A stretch of DNA of 64,000 bases from a virus (taxonomy: Duplodnaviria > Caudoviricetes). The notes beneath the pieces were generated by a model, which had not been told where the DNA came from, searched no databases, and worked only from the letters and a program-made list of their open reading frames with translations. This document shows positions 27,393-37,124 of this stretch, piece after piece. The translations under genes were made by a program, and so were the position numbers. Position 1 is the first letter of the stretch. Each line of letters opens with the position of its first letter. The stretch covers positions 5,172 to 69,171 of the IMG/VR virus record IMGVR_UViG_2932446441_000001; one strand, written 5' to 3'.

Positions 27393-28939
27393 TGGCGACC
27401 GCGGTCCGCGCGCCCAGTTACCTCGACGGCCTGGACGCCGAAACCTTCGACCTGACGGCCTACCTCGCCCAGTTCGACGCCGAGATCCTCGACGACCCGG
27501 AAGGCCGCCGAACCCTCACCCGCCTCAACCCGCTGCTGTTCGGCCTCGTCTATCTGCGCCACCACCTCCGCGACAGTGAGGGTCGCATCACCTTCGGGGA
27601 CGCGCACCTCGACTGGTGCCGCGCCGCACGCAAATGGGTACGCCCGCCCACCCGGCCGGCCGTGGACCGCGACGCCTACATCGCCCCCCGCAACATGGGG
27701 AAAAGCACCTGGTGGTTTTTGATCCTGCCGATGTGGGCCGCCGCCCACGGGCACGTCAAGTTCGCTGCGGCGTTCGCGTCGTCCGCCACCCAGGCGGAGA
27801 CCCACCTGTCCACGTTCAAGGCGGAGATCGACCGCAACGAGCTGCTGCGCCGCGATTTCCGCACCCTGTGCACACCGGCCAAGCGCCCATCCGGCGCCAA
27901 CGTGGCGGACACCCAGTCGATGTACATCGCCGAGTCCGGGTTCGTGTTCGCCGCCCGCGGCATCGACTCGTCGAACCTCGGCATGAAGGTCGGCGAGCGC
28001 AGGCCCGACCTCATCCTGTGTGACGACATCGAGCCTGATGAGAGCAGTTACAGCCTGGATTTGGCGCGGAAGCGGCGCACCACTCTGATCGACTCGATTC
28101 TGCCCCTCAATGTTTACGCGCGTGTCGTCATATCCGGCACCGTGACAATGCCCGGCAGCATCGTGCATCAGCTCGTCAAGCATGCCCGCGGCGTGGAGAC
28201 GGCAGACTGGATCCAAGAGGAAGGCTTCCGAGCCCACTACACCCCGCCGATCATCAAACGGGACGACGGCACCGAGCGCAGCGTATGGCCAGCGAAGTGG
28301 CCTTACCCGTACCTGACGTCCATAGCCCACACCCGCAGCTATGCAAAAAACATGGCCAACGATCCGATGGGCGCAAACGGCGATCTGTGGACGCCGGACG
28401 ACTTCCGCTACCCGGGCGACGAGGGCGTGGACCCGATCACGCACATGATGCTGTCGATCGACCCCGCGGTAACGGCGAAGAAGGGCAGCGACTTTACGGC
28501 GATGGCGGTGGTGTCGTGGTCGGCGCAACGTCGCCGGTGCACCGTGCACGCGGCCACGGCCATGAAGATCCAGCCGGGCCCGCTACTGCGGGAGCGGGTG
28601 CTGGCGCTGCTCGATGAGTTCCCGGAGATCGGGCTGATCCTGATCGAGGTGAATCAGGGGCAGGACACGTGGCAGGCGATCCTGCACGACATGCCGGTGA
28701 AGGTGAAGCCGGTGTCGCAGACGGAGAACAAGTTCGTCCGCGCCGAGGGGGTCCTGCATCACTACCAGCGTGGCCGGGTGATCCATGCGCGGCGGCTGGT
28801 CGAGTTGGAGCAGCAGATGTGCGCGTTCCCGAAGGCGCCGCACGACGACCTGGTGGATGCGGTGGGGTCGGCGATACGACGCTTCATCCCCAACAAGCCG
28901 AGGGAAGCATCAAAGGCCACAAAGGCAAGTTACCTTTGA
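27392..28939 (+). CDS. terL: Terminase large subunit
   Basis: Walker A APRNMGKST, Walker B LILCDDIE, nuclease SIDPA...SDFTA, HDDLVDA. Confidence 0.95.
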   Translation: MATAVRAPSYLDGLDAETFDLTAYLAQFDAEILDDPEGRRTLTRLNPLLFGLVYLRHHLRDSEGRITFGDAHLDWCRAARKWVRPPTRPAVDRDAYIAPRNMGKSTWWFLILPMWAAAHGHVKFAAAFASSATQAETHLSTFKAEIDRNELLRRDFRTLCTPAKRPSGANVADTQSMYIAESGFVFAARGIDSSNLGMKVGERRPDLILCDDIEPDESSYSLDLARKRRTTLIDSILPLNVYARVVISGTVTMPGSIVHQLVKHARGVETADWIQEEGFRAHYTPPIIKRDDGTERSVWPAKWPYPYLTSIAHTRSYAKNMANDPMGANGDLWTPDDFRYPGDEGVDPITHMMLSIDPAVTAKKGSDFTAMAVVSWSAQRRRCTVHAATAMKIQPGPLLRERVLALLDEFPEIGLILIEVNQGQDTWQAILHDMPVKVKPVSQTENKFVRAEGVLHHYQRGRVIHARRLVELEQQMCAFPKAPHDDLVDAVGSAIRRFIPNKPREASKATKASYL

Positions 28940-28948
28940 TTCCAAGGT
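28932..28948. promoter_or_regulatory. Late-gene box, copy 2 (ACCTTTGATTCCAAGGT)
   Basis: Same quasi-palindrome, upstream of the portal gene. Confidence 0.65.
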
Positions 28949-28984
28949 GACTGCGTATGCTTGCCTTGACGAGGGAGGGCCGCA

Positions 28985-30505
28985 TTGGATGACGAGTCGC
29001 TCGACGACCTCATGTACGGCATCGAAGAGCTGAAGGACGCCCGCCCCCGCTACGACCAGGCCGAGGCCTACTACGACGGCAAGGTCCCCGAGGTCTTCAG
29101 CTCGACCCGCATCCGGCGCGCCCTCGCCGCGAACGACATCGACTTCGACCTCAACTTCGCCAAGACCCCCGTCAATGCCGTCACCAACCGGCTCAAGATC
29201 GCATCGGTCACCAGCCCCGACGACGACGTCAACACGCTCATCTCGAAGATCTGGCAGGACAACCAGCTCAACCTGGAGATGCCCGACCTGTTCCGCCGCG
29301 GCGGAGAGTTCGGTGACGCCTACCTGTTCGTCCTCCCCGTGGAGGACGAAAAGGGCCAGGTCGTCAGGGTCGAGATGTTCTACAACTCGCCCAAGACCGT
29401 GCGGGTGATCTACAGCGAGGACAACCCGCGGCGCAAGGCGTACACGATCAAGAAGTGGTGTGAGGGTAAGTACCACCGCGCCGAGCTGCTGTACGACGAC
29501 CGCATCGAACGCTGGACCACCGGCCAGAACTCTGACGGCGACAAGCCGGGCGACTGGATGCACTGGCCCGCCGACCCCGACGATGCCGACTCGTGGCTCC
29601 TCGAACACGACTGGGGCGAGCAGCCCGTGTTCCACTTCCGCACCGACCGCCCCTACGGCGTGCCCGAGCACTTCGGCGCCTATGGCCCGCAGAACGCCAT
29701 CACCAAACTCCAGGCCACCCATATGGGCACCGTCGACTACCAGGGAGCACCCCAGCGGTACGCGCTCACCGAGAACGCCACCACCGACACCAGCGACCTG
29801 GAGCCCGGGGATTTCGACGACTTCCCGCCCGACGACGCTGGTGCTGGCCCCACCGACTCTGGCGACGACAGCAGCCTCAAGGCCGGGCCCGGGGAACTGT
29901 GGCTGCTCCGGGGCTTCAAGGGCGTCGGCCAGTTCGATGCCGCGAAGCCCGACGTGTTCCTCGACCCGATCCAGTTCAACGTGCGGGCGATGGCGCAGAT
30001 CACGGACACGCCGCTGCGCATGTTCGACCCGCAGTCCAACCAGCGCTCAGGCGAGTCGTACCGCGAGGAGGACGGACCGTTCATCAGCAAGGTCGAGAAC
30101 CGGCAGACGTCCTACGGAGCGACCCTGCACGAGGCGTTCGTGTTCGCGCTGCGCCGCTTCGGCGTGGTCGACCCGGTCGTCAACGTCGACTGGGTGCCGG
30201 CCAAGTCCGTTACCGACGCGCAGGGCTGGCAGACCGTCAAGGCGAAGATCGACGCCGGGGTGCCGCGCAGGCAGGCTCTCATGGAGGCCGGATACCGGGC
30301 CGAGCAGGTCGACGCCTGGCTGGCCGGTGTGGACGACGCGGAGCTGCAGCGCCGTGTCACCATCCTCGCCAGCCTCGCCGACTCCGCGCAGAAGCTGGGC
30401 GCCGCCACGGCTCTCGGCGTGGTCACCAGCGAGCAGGCCCAGCAGCTCCTAAACGGCGCCCTGTCCGACGTTGAGCTCCTCGCCGAAGCGCAGGCCCAGG
30501 CATGA
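28985..30505 (+). CDS. Portal protein (SPP1 gp6-like)
   Basis: YYDG, NFAKTPVNAVTNRL, PQRY, SGES; follows terL; TTG start after GGAGG. Confidence 0.92.
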   Translation: MDDESLDDLMYGIEELKDARPRYDQAEAYYDGKVPEVFSSTRIRRALAANDIDFDLNFAKTPVNAVTNRLKIASVTSPDDDVNTLISKIWQDNQLNLEMPDLFRRGGEFGDAYLFVLPVEDEKGQVVRVEMFYNSPKTVRVIYSEDNPRRKAYTIKKWCEGKYHRAELLYDDRIERWTTGQNSDGDKPGDWMHWPADPDDADSWLLEHDWGEQPVFHFRTDRPYGVPEHFGAYGPQNAITKLQATHMGTVDYQGAPQRYALTENATTDTSDLEPGDFDDFPPDDAGAGPTDSGDDSSLKAGPGELWLLRGFKGVGQFDAAKPDVFLDPIQFNVRAMAQITDTPLRMFDPQSNQRSGESYREEDGPFISKVENRQTSYGATLHEAFVFALRRFGVVDPVVNVDWVPAKSVTDAQGWQTVKAKIDAGVPRRQALMEAGYRAEQVDAWLAGVDDAELQRRVTILASLADSAQKLGAATALGVVTSEQAQQLLNGALSDVELLAEAQAQA

Positions 30506-31542
30506 TGGCCCGCCGCCCCGACCGCAACGAGGAACTCGCCCACCTGGTGCAGGGCGAACAGACCGACGAAGTCCGCGCCTTCGAGGACCGCATCGCCGCA
30601 CGCGCGCTGAGCGACCTTGAGGCGCGCTTCGGCGTCCTAACTCGCCGGTCCATCACCGCGTGGACCGTCGCATTCGGCAGCCCGCAAGCAGAGGCCTCTA
30701 ATCCCGGCGCGCTCCGCCGCATCCTCGCCGTGATCCGGGCGGCGATCCGCCGCCTCCTCGGCCCGCTCGCACCCCGGACCGAACAGGCCCTCAGTGACGC
30801 GCTCCTCGAAGCGGTGCGGCTCGGCGCCCGCCAGCATGCCGCGTTCCTCGACGAAGCCACGGGACGGAGCCGGCGCCCCGTCTCGACACGCCCATCTCAG
30901 CGTCTGCGTGAACGCGTATCCGCCATCAGCGACGCGGTGGCCGACCGCCGCGACCGAGCCCTAGCCATGCTCCGGCCGAACCTCGTCCGCCGCTGGAGCG
31001 ACGCCCAGGCCGGCATCGGCGTCGCACGCAGCGCCACCACCGCTGTCCGCACCCACATCACCACCGTCGTCGGCGAGGCCGTCAACGAAGCCACCCAGGC
31101 AGCCATCGACTACACCGGCGCCAAGAAGGTGTGGATCGCCGAGCGGGACGCCTGCGTCAACTGCGCCGCCTACGCCGGGCTCGTCGTGGCAGCCGACGCC
31201 AAGTTCCCGGCCGGCTTGTCGTGGGATCCCAGCCAGCGTGGCCGCGGCAAGGCCCCCGATGCGCCGCCGCTGCATCCGAACTGCCGGTGCCGTGTGACGG
31301 CGTGGGACGAGTCGTGGGCGCAGCAGGGCGTCATCTCAATGCCGGAGGCGCTGCGCCGTGAGGCGCGCCGCTCGATCGCCCGCGGCTGGTCCCTGCCCAC
31401 CGAATCCGGCGCGGCCCGCATCCGCGCCGCCCGCGAACTCCTGCGCGTCGGCGCTGGCCTGCCGAAGAGCGTGGAAGAAGTCGCGCGGCTCGCCGTGGCC
31501 GCTGGCCGCTTCCAAGACCGCACCGTACCGACCGGCCCGTGA
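30502..31542 (+). CDS. MuF-like head morphogenesis/minor capsid protein
   Basis: KVWIAE.DACVNC...PPLHPNCRC. Confidence 0.85.
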   Translation: MMARRPDRNEELAHLVQGEQTDEVRAFEDRIAARALSDLEARFGVLTRRSITAWTVAFGSPQAEASNPGALRRILAVIRAAIRRLLGPLAPRTEQALSDALLEAVRLGARQHAAFLDEATGRSRRPVSTRPSQRLRERVSAISDAVADRRDRALAMLRPNLVRRWSDAQAGIGVARSATTAVRTHITTVVGEAVNEATQAAIDYTGAKKVWIAERDACVNCAAYAGLVVAADAKFPAGLSWDPSQRGRGKAPDAPPLHPNCRCRVTAWDESWAQQGVISMPEALRREARRSIARGWSLPTESGAARIRAARELLRVGAGLPKSVEEVARLAVAAGRFQDRTVPTGP

Positions 31543-31577
31543 TGGGTAACCCGCAACCCCCGAGATGGGAGCACCAC

Positions 31578-32372
31578 ATGAAAGACCTTGAGCTCGACAC
31601 AGCCGAGGCTGCGGCAATCAGCCTGCCGCCCGGCACGATCCTCGGCTACCGCGCCGACGGCCGACCCATCCGCGTCATAGCCGGCGCCGCCGAGACCGAC
31701 GACGAGCCGGACACCGAGGTGCCCGACGAGGAACCGGAGGCGGAGCCCGGGACTGACGACAGGCCCGAGGGAGAGCCGGACGAAGAACCGAAGCCGAAGC
31801 CTCCCGCGAAGAAGGCCGAGCCGAAGCCGGGCGACGACGACTACAAGCCGCCGTCGAAGGATGAGTGGGCGCGCACGCAGGCCGCGTTGAAGAAGGCCAA
31901 CGACGACGCGAAGAGGCACCGGCTCCGCAACAAGGAGCTGGAAGAGAAAGCCCGCGGAGACGAGACCGAGCACGAGAAGGCGCTCCGGGAGGCCCGCGAG
32001 GAGGGCGAGCGCCGCTTCCGGGCACCGCTGGTCCGCACCGCGGCCCGCTCCGCGCTGATAGAGGCCGGAGCACTGGCGTTCCTGCAGGACGAGAAGGACC
32101 CCGAGTCGGCGGGCGCCCGGGAGAAGGGGGAGTCCCGCATCAAGCGACTCCTGAAGCTGGTGGATACCGACTCGCTCGACGTCGACGACGACGGCTCCGT
32201 GTCCGGCCTGGATGCCGCCATCGACGAGCTGCGCCGCGACTACCCGGAGCTGTTCGCCGCGCAGGCCCGGAAGGTTAAGCCGCGACCGACGGGCGCGCCG
32301 CGGCAGCCGGCGCCGGAGAAGCCCAAGTCGACGGCGGAGCTGCATGCCGCGCGACTGCTGGGCAGGGCTTGA
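31578..32372 (+). CDS. Capsid scaffolding protein
   Basis: Acidic/Pro region, coiled coil, YPELF; precedes the major capsid gene. Confidence 0.85.
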   Translation: MKDLELDTAEAAAISLPPGTILGYRADGRPIRVIAGAAETDDEPDTEVPDEEPEAEPGTDDRPEGEPDEEPKPKPPAKKAEPKPGDDDYKPPSKDEWARTQAALKKANDDAKRHRLRNKELEEKARGDETEHEKALREAREEGERRFRAPLVRTAARSALIEAGALAFLQDEKDPESAGAREKGESRIKRLLKLVDTDSLDVDDDGSVSGLDAAIDELRRDYPELFAAQARKVKPRPTGAPRQPAPEKPKSTAELHAARLLGRA

Positions 32373-32510
32373 CCACAAGAGGTATATTCAGCACCAGGTG
32401 AATTGCTCCGGTGATCGGAGCTTGCCGCCGCCCTTGCTTGCGAAGGCGCCCGTGATGGGGCCCGAGCCTCAACCGCTTACCCCCATCACGCCGCCCGCAG
32501 GAGGGCCAGC

Positions 32511-33425
32511 ATGGCGCGCAACACCCTTGAGGCATGGATCCCGGAAGAGTACGAGACTTCCCGGGTCATCCAGTCCATCCAGCAGATCTCCGCCGTTGAG
32601 GCGCTCGCCGCCCGCATCCCCATGGGATCCGACACCAAGCATGTGCCGCGCACCGCCGGTATGGGTGTGGATGTGGTCGCCAAGGGTGGCGCCTACGGTG
32701 AGGACACCTCCCTCAACGACGAAGTCCTCCTGACCGCGGTCAAGTTCGGTAAGGCCGCGCGCATCGCCGAGGAGGACATCAACGACTCGGTGGCGAACGT
32801 CATCGAGGCGAAGATGGTCGGTTGGGGCAAGTCCTACGCCAAGATGATCGACAACGCGTCGCTCGCGGTGTCGGCTGCGGCCAACGGCACCACCGTGCCG
32901 TTCACGTCGCTGTACCAGCTGCTGAACACCACCGACGCCACCCTCAGCTACACCGGCGGCACGAACGTCACCACCGCCGCCGCGGCTGGCGCCCCCACGT
33001 ACACGGAGTTCTCTACCGCGATCGGCAACGTCGAGTCCGGCGACTACTTCGACCCGGGCAGCATGATGGCCATCGCCCATCCCGCGTTCCGCAAGAGCCT
33101 GCGCGGCGTCGTCGACGGCCAGAGCCGCCCGATCTTCAACGAGAACGGCGCCGGAACCCCCGACACGATCTTCGGTGTACCGGTCCGCTGGAGCCTCGGC
33201 GCGAAGATCTCCGCCACCGCCACGCCCACCCCGACCGGACGGCCGATCATGGCGTTCGTCAACCCCGAGCTCATGCTCCTCGGCGTCCGCTCCGGCCCCG
33301 AATCGGTGTTCATCGACGGCCGCGACGGTCTGTCCGCCCTCACCGACGAGTCGATCCTCAAGATGCGCGCCCGCCGCGGCTGGGCCTACGGCCACCCCAA
33401 CGGCGCCAGCATCCTCGTCGGCTGA
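32511..33425 (+). CDS. Major capsid protein (HK97 fold)
   Basis: WIPEE, V.L...KFG...I.EE.I.DS, LRGVVDGQSRPIF, TIFGVPV. Confidence 0.92.
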   Translation: MARNTLEAWIPEEYETSRVIQSIQQISAVEALAARIPMGSDTKHVPRTAGMGVDVVAKGGAYGEDTSLNDEVLLTAVKFGKAARIAEEDINDSVANVIEAKMVGWGKSYAKMIDNASLAVSAAANGTTVPFTSLYQLLNTTDATLSYTGGTNVTTAAAAGAPTYTEFSTAIGNVESGDYFDPGSMMAIAHPAFRKSLRGVVDGQSRPIFNENGAGTPDTIFGVPVRWSLGAKISATATPTPTGRPIMAFVNPELMLLGVRSGPESVFIDGRDGLSALTDESILKMRARRGWAYGHPNGASILVG

Positions 33426-33437
33426 TCACCCTCAAAC

Positions 33438-33470
33438 GCCGTACCGCCCGCCGGCTCCGGGCGGTACGGC
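33438..33470 (+). terminator. Hairpin after the capsid gene
   Basis: GCCGTACCGCCCG-loop-CGGGCGGTACGGC, 13-bp stem. Confidence 0.7.
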
Positions 33471-33490
33471 CCACAGAAGGGAGGTGAGCC

Positions 33491-33943
33491 GTGGCAACCA
33501 GGAAGACCAGCAGCAAGACCGGAGCCACCGCGGCGCAGGCCCCGAAGGGCGAGGACCGCGAGCAGCTTCGGCAGCGGCAGTTCCCCGCGAAGGCCGGAGC
33601 ACCCGAGGTTGAGGTCGACGAACGCTCCGCCGACGGCGCCGAGGGAACACGCCACGTCAAGGAGTTCGTCGTCCCGGCCGCGCGGTGGACGGGCGAGGAC
33701 TACCAGCACGAGGCGAACCGTGCCGGTGTGGTGAACGAGGCGATCCAGCGCGGCCTGCACCCGCGCGGTGAAGTCTCCTTCGACGGCCAGGAAGAGCACC
33801 CCGACGGCGTCTCACTCGTCCTCACCTACTCGGTAGAGACGGTGCCGTCCTCGGTGGACCACGAGCCCGAGGACACCACCACGCCGCGCGACGTCATCGA
33901 GGCCGACGGCAAGGACACCAGCAGCAGCAAGGCCGAGGGCTGA
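33491..33943 (+). CDS. Hypothetical virion-region protein
   Basis: GGAGG RBS; position after capsid. Confidence 0.75.
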   Translation: MATRKTSSKTGATAAQAPKGEDREQLRQRQFPAKAGAPEVEVDERSADGAEGTRHVKEFVVPAARWTGEDYQHEANRAGVVNEAIQRGLHPRGEVSFDGQEEHPDGVSLVLTYSVETVPSSVDHEPEDTTTPRDVIEADGKDTSSSKAEG

Positions 33944-33944
33944 C

Positions 33945-34388
33945 ATGGTCGACGCTTGGGCCACCCCACAGCAGGTCATCGACATCACCGGCACCACGGT
34001 GACCGATGGCCAGCTGCTGCAGGCCCAGTCGTCGATCGAGATGCTGTCCAACAGGATCTTCGACGACACCTCGCGGATCCGTACCCGTGACCTGTACTGG
34101 CTGCGCAAGGCCGTCGCCTACCAGGCGGCGTGGCTGAAAGGGCAGTACGACCTGCACACCCGCCTGGACGCCAACCAGGTACAGCAGGACGGCGTCGTCG
34201 CCAACCTCACCGACAAGGCCATGACGCTGGGCCCGGAGGCGAAGTGGGCGCTGCAGCGTTGCTCCTGGATGCGGTCCCGCACCATCCACGTGCGGTCCCC
34301 GTTCGTCGACGGGCAGCGCGGCTACGCCGACCCGCTCTCCGACGCCAGCGACGAGCAGCTCCCGTGGACGCCGACGGGGGGCGGCTGA
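33945..34388 (+). CDS. Head-to-tail adaptor
   Basis: WATPQQV, LRKAVAYQAAW; position. Confidence 0.7.
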   Translation: MVDAWATPQQVIDITGTTVTDGQLLQAQSSIEMLSNRIFDDTSRIRTRDLYWLRKAVAYQAAWLKGQYDLHTRLDANQVQQDGVVANLTDKAMTLGPEAKWALQRCSWMRSRTIHVRSPFVDGQRGYADPLSDASDEQLPWTPTGGG

Positions 34389-34723
34389 TGTACGTCGCCA
34401 CCACCACCGTCAGCATCCTCGGCGGCACCAGCGAGGACGAGTTCGGCGACGAAACCGACGGCACCACCGTCCTCACATCGGACGTCCCAGCGTCGCTGAT
34501 CGAGTCGACGCGCACGGTCAACGAACCCGTCACCGGCACGCCCCGCATCATCCGCACCCACATCTGCCGCCTGCCCCCCGGCACGACCGTCGACGAAACC
34601 AAGCGGATCAAGGACGAACAGACAAGCGAGATCTACATCGTCGTCGCCGTCACCCGCAACGCCAACCCAGTCCTCACGCAGCCGCTGCGCGCGGACCTGA
34701 AACGCACAGGACGAGCCGCCTGA
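34388..34723 (+). CDS. Head-to-tail stopper
   Basis: EDEFGDE motif; beta-rich; position. Confidence 0.7.
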   Translation: MYVATTTVSILGGTSEDEFGDETDGTTVLTSDVPASLIESTRTVNEPVTGTPRIIRTHICRLPPGTTVDETKRIKDEQTSEIYIVVAVTRNANPVLTQPLRADLKRTGRAA

Positions 34724-34821
34724 AGGCTCCGACATAGCGACCGCCCAGCAGGCATCCACGGCCCGTAAACGGCCAGCCAGCAGGGCACCGAGACCCGCCA
34801 GCCGTAGAGGAGGTGAGGGCG

Positions 34822-35199
34822 ATGCTCAGCGCGAACTTCGAAGTCAAGGTCAACCATGGTTGGCAGGGCTGGGTCCGCAACGCCATCACCCGCTACCTCC
34901 GAAAGCTCGGCCGCGAGATCCAAAACGACATGGAACGCATGGCCCCGGTACGAACCGGCCGACTGCGCGGATCCCTCTACCACGAGGTGAACCGCGGCCA
35001 GCTCCGTGTCGGGGTCCGCAATGTGCCGTACTGGTCGACGGTCGAGTTCGGCTCCGGACCGCACGAGATCAGGCCCGTGAACGCCGCGGCGCTGTACTGG
35101 CCCGGCGCCCGGCACCCCGTCAACCGCGTCTGGCATCCCGGCACCCCAGCGCAGCCGTTCATCCGGCCCGCGTTGTACAAGCGGCGGGGGAGTCTCTGA
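34822..35199 (+). CDS. HK97 gp10-like neck protein
   Basis: APVRTGRLRGS, VEFG, HPGTPAQPFIRPAL. Confidence 0.85.
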   Translation: MLSANFEVKVNHGWQGWVRNAITRYLRKLGREIQNDMERMAPVRTGRLRGSLYHEVNRGQLRVGVRNVPYWSTVEFGSGPHEIRPVNAAALYWPGARHPVNRVWHPGTPAQPFIRPALYKRRGSL

Positions 35200-35651
35200 T
35201 GGCGGTCACCCCCAAGGCGAACACGGAGCTCGTCGCAGTCGCCTGGCTGGCCTCTGCGGAAGGCATCGAGCCGGGACAGGTCGCCACCACTCTGCCGTCC
35301 GACGCCTCAGCGTGGGAAACGAACGGCTTCGTGCACGTCGTGGGGGCCGTGGGCGGGACACCGCAGTTGTACTACGCGCTGCGCGAGCCGGTCGTTCAGG
35401 TCGACTGCTACGCCGTCAATCTCAACACTGGCAAACCTCCATGGGGCAAAGCCGCCTCCCTCATGGAGCTCGTCGTAGCCGCCACCTACGACGAGGCAGG
35501 GCTTCAGCGGGCTCTCACGCTGCGCCCGGGCTATCCGCAGGCCCGTGTCCTCACAGCCCACTTCACGTCCGAGCCGCGGCGAATGCCGGGCGACGACTCC
35601 TCCTACGCCCGCTATCAGGCAGATCTCGCCCTGCACTGGATCACCCTCTAG
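35199..35651 (+). CDS. Tail terminator protein
   Basis: PVVQVDCYA, YARYQADL; precedes the tail tube gene. Confidence 0.75.
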   Translation: MAVTPKANTELVAVAWLASAEGIEPGQVATTLPSDASAWETNGFVHVVGAVGGTPQLYYALREPVVQVDCYAVNLNTGKPPWGKAASLMELVVAATYDEAGLQRALTLRPGYPQARVLTAHFTSEPRRMPGDDSSYARYQADLALHWITL

Positions 35652-35659
35652 GAGCGCCC

Positions 35660-35848
35660 GTGCCGACCGTCCGAACCACCATGCAGCCCGACGTCGACCT
35701 CGACGTCTCCGACACCGAGTACGTCGACCTCACGCGGCAGGGCCTCCTCGTCCAGAAGGACGAGCCCGCCGCCGAGACCGAGCGTGCCCCCGCTCCTGCC
35801 GCCGCACCGGCCAAGACCCCCGCCGCGAAAAGCAGCAAGGAGAACTAG
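35660..35848 (+). CDS. Small hypothetical protein
   Basis: AGGAG RBS, GTG start. Confidence 0.65.
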   Translation: MPTVRTTMQPDVDLDVSDTEYVDLTRQGLLVQKDEPAAETERAPAPAAAPAKTPAAKSSKEN

Positions 35849-35851
35849 GCC

Positions 35852-36412
35852 ATGGCGGTCACCGCAACAAACCTGATCATGGGGCCGGCGGACCTGTACA
35901 TCGGATCCTTCGGCGCAGTCGAGCCCCTCGACACAGCCGTCAACACCACGCCCGCCGCGTCCTCCTGGACCGATCTCGGCGGCACGCAGGACGGCGTCAA
36001 GCTGTCCATCGACCAGACGTACACCGCGCTCGAGGTCGACCAGATCGTCGACGAACCCGGCGCCCGCCTCACCAAGCGCCTGTTCACGGTCGAGACGAAC
36101 CTCGCCGAGGCCACCCTCGAGAACCTGAAGTACCTCCTCAACGACGGCACCGCCGCGTCGGGGGCGGGCTACAAGTCCTTCGAGCCGATCTACGCCTCCT
36201 CGGCGACGCAGCCCACCTACCGGGCGATCATCCTCGACGGCTATGCCCCCCAGCAGTTCCGGCGACGGTTCATCGTCCGTAAGTGCCTGTCCAACGACAA
36301 GGTCGAGTCGACCTACAAGAAGGACGGACAGACCCTCTTCACCGTGAAGTGGCAGGGCTTCTACGTCTCTGCCTCGATCGCCCCGTTCAAGCTCGTCGAC
36401 GCCACCAGCTAG
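35852..36412 (+). CDS. Major tail (tube) protein
   Basis: NLIMGPADLYIG, WTDLGGTQDGV, LAEATLENL. Confidence 0.85.
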   Translation: MAVTATNLIMGPADLYIGSFGAVEPLDTAVNTTPAASSWTDLGGTQDGVKLSIDQTYTALEVDQIVDEPGARLTKRLFTVETNLAEATLENLKYLLNDGTAASGAGYKSFEPIYASSATQPTYRAIILDGYAPQQFRRRFIVRKCLSNDKVESTYKKDGQTLFTVKWQGFYVSASIAPFKLVDATS

Positions 36413-36420
36413 GAGCCACC

Positions 36421-36837
36421 GTGACCGCCCGAGCGCCCAAGACCCGCACCGCTCCGGTGCCCGCCGAAGACGACAGCGTGCTGCGCCTGTCGACCGCCTC
36501 GACTCCGGCCGTCGACGAGGCCCGCGAGCCGCTGTTCTACATCGACGACGAGCCCTTCACAGTCCCCAAGCTGATCTCGCCGCGGATCGTGTATCTCGGC
36601 ATCGACAAGATGCGCCGCGACGGCCCTCTGTTCGGCTCCATGTACGTGGCGGAGCTGGTGCTGGGCACCGACCAGTACCAGCGACTCCTCACCCACTACG
36701 AGGCCGAGGACATCACCCAGGACCAGTTCGACCAAGCCATCAAGCTGATCAGCAACCTGTTCTTTGACCAGGACAAGCGGGCCAGCCGCGGCGAGGACGA
36801 GGCGGGAAAAGCCTCGGACGCTTCACCGGCCAGCTAG
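36421..36837 (+). CDS. Tail assembly chaperone (short form)
   Basis: Between tail tube and tape measure; GGGAAAA slippery site at 36804-36810. Confidence 0.85.
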   Translation: MTARAPKTRTAPVPAEDDSVLRLSTASTPAVDEAREPLFYIDDEPFTVPKLISPRIVYLGIDKMRRDGPLFGSMYVAELVLGTDQYQRLLTHYEAEDITQDQFDQAIKLISNLFFDQDKRASRGEDEAGKASDASPAS

Positions 36838-37118
36838 TCGATGTTGCCTGGATCGGTGAGTACCGCGGCGATGTTGACGCGGACTTCCTCGCCATCTACG
36901 GCATCGATCTGGAAAACGCCCCAAGGCTCGACGCGAAACGGTTCCTGTCCCTCGCCGCCCGCCTGCCCGCCTACGACGGCGCCATGGCCGCCGTCGTAGC
37001 CAGCCTCGACCAACCCGCACAGGCAGCCGCACCTGCCGCACCCGATCAGCCGGACGAGGTGTCACCCGACGCCCTCAACCTCATCGTCCCCGGCCTCATC
37101 GAACGCGTGGAGGTGTGA
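36421..37118 (+). CDS. Tail assembly chaperone, long form via -1 frameshift
   Basis: -1 frame is open from 36810 to TGA 37116-37118 and reads ...DVDADFLAIYGIDL...RFLSLAARLPAYDGAM. Confidence 0.8.
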
Positions 37119-37124
37119 CCAGCA

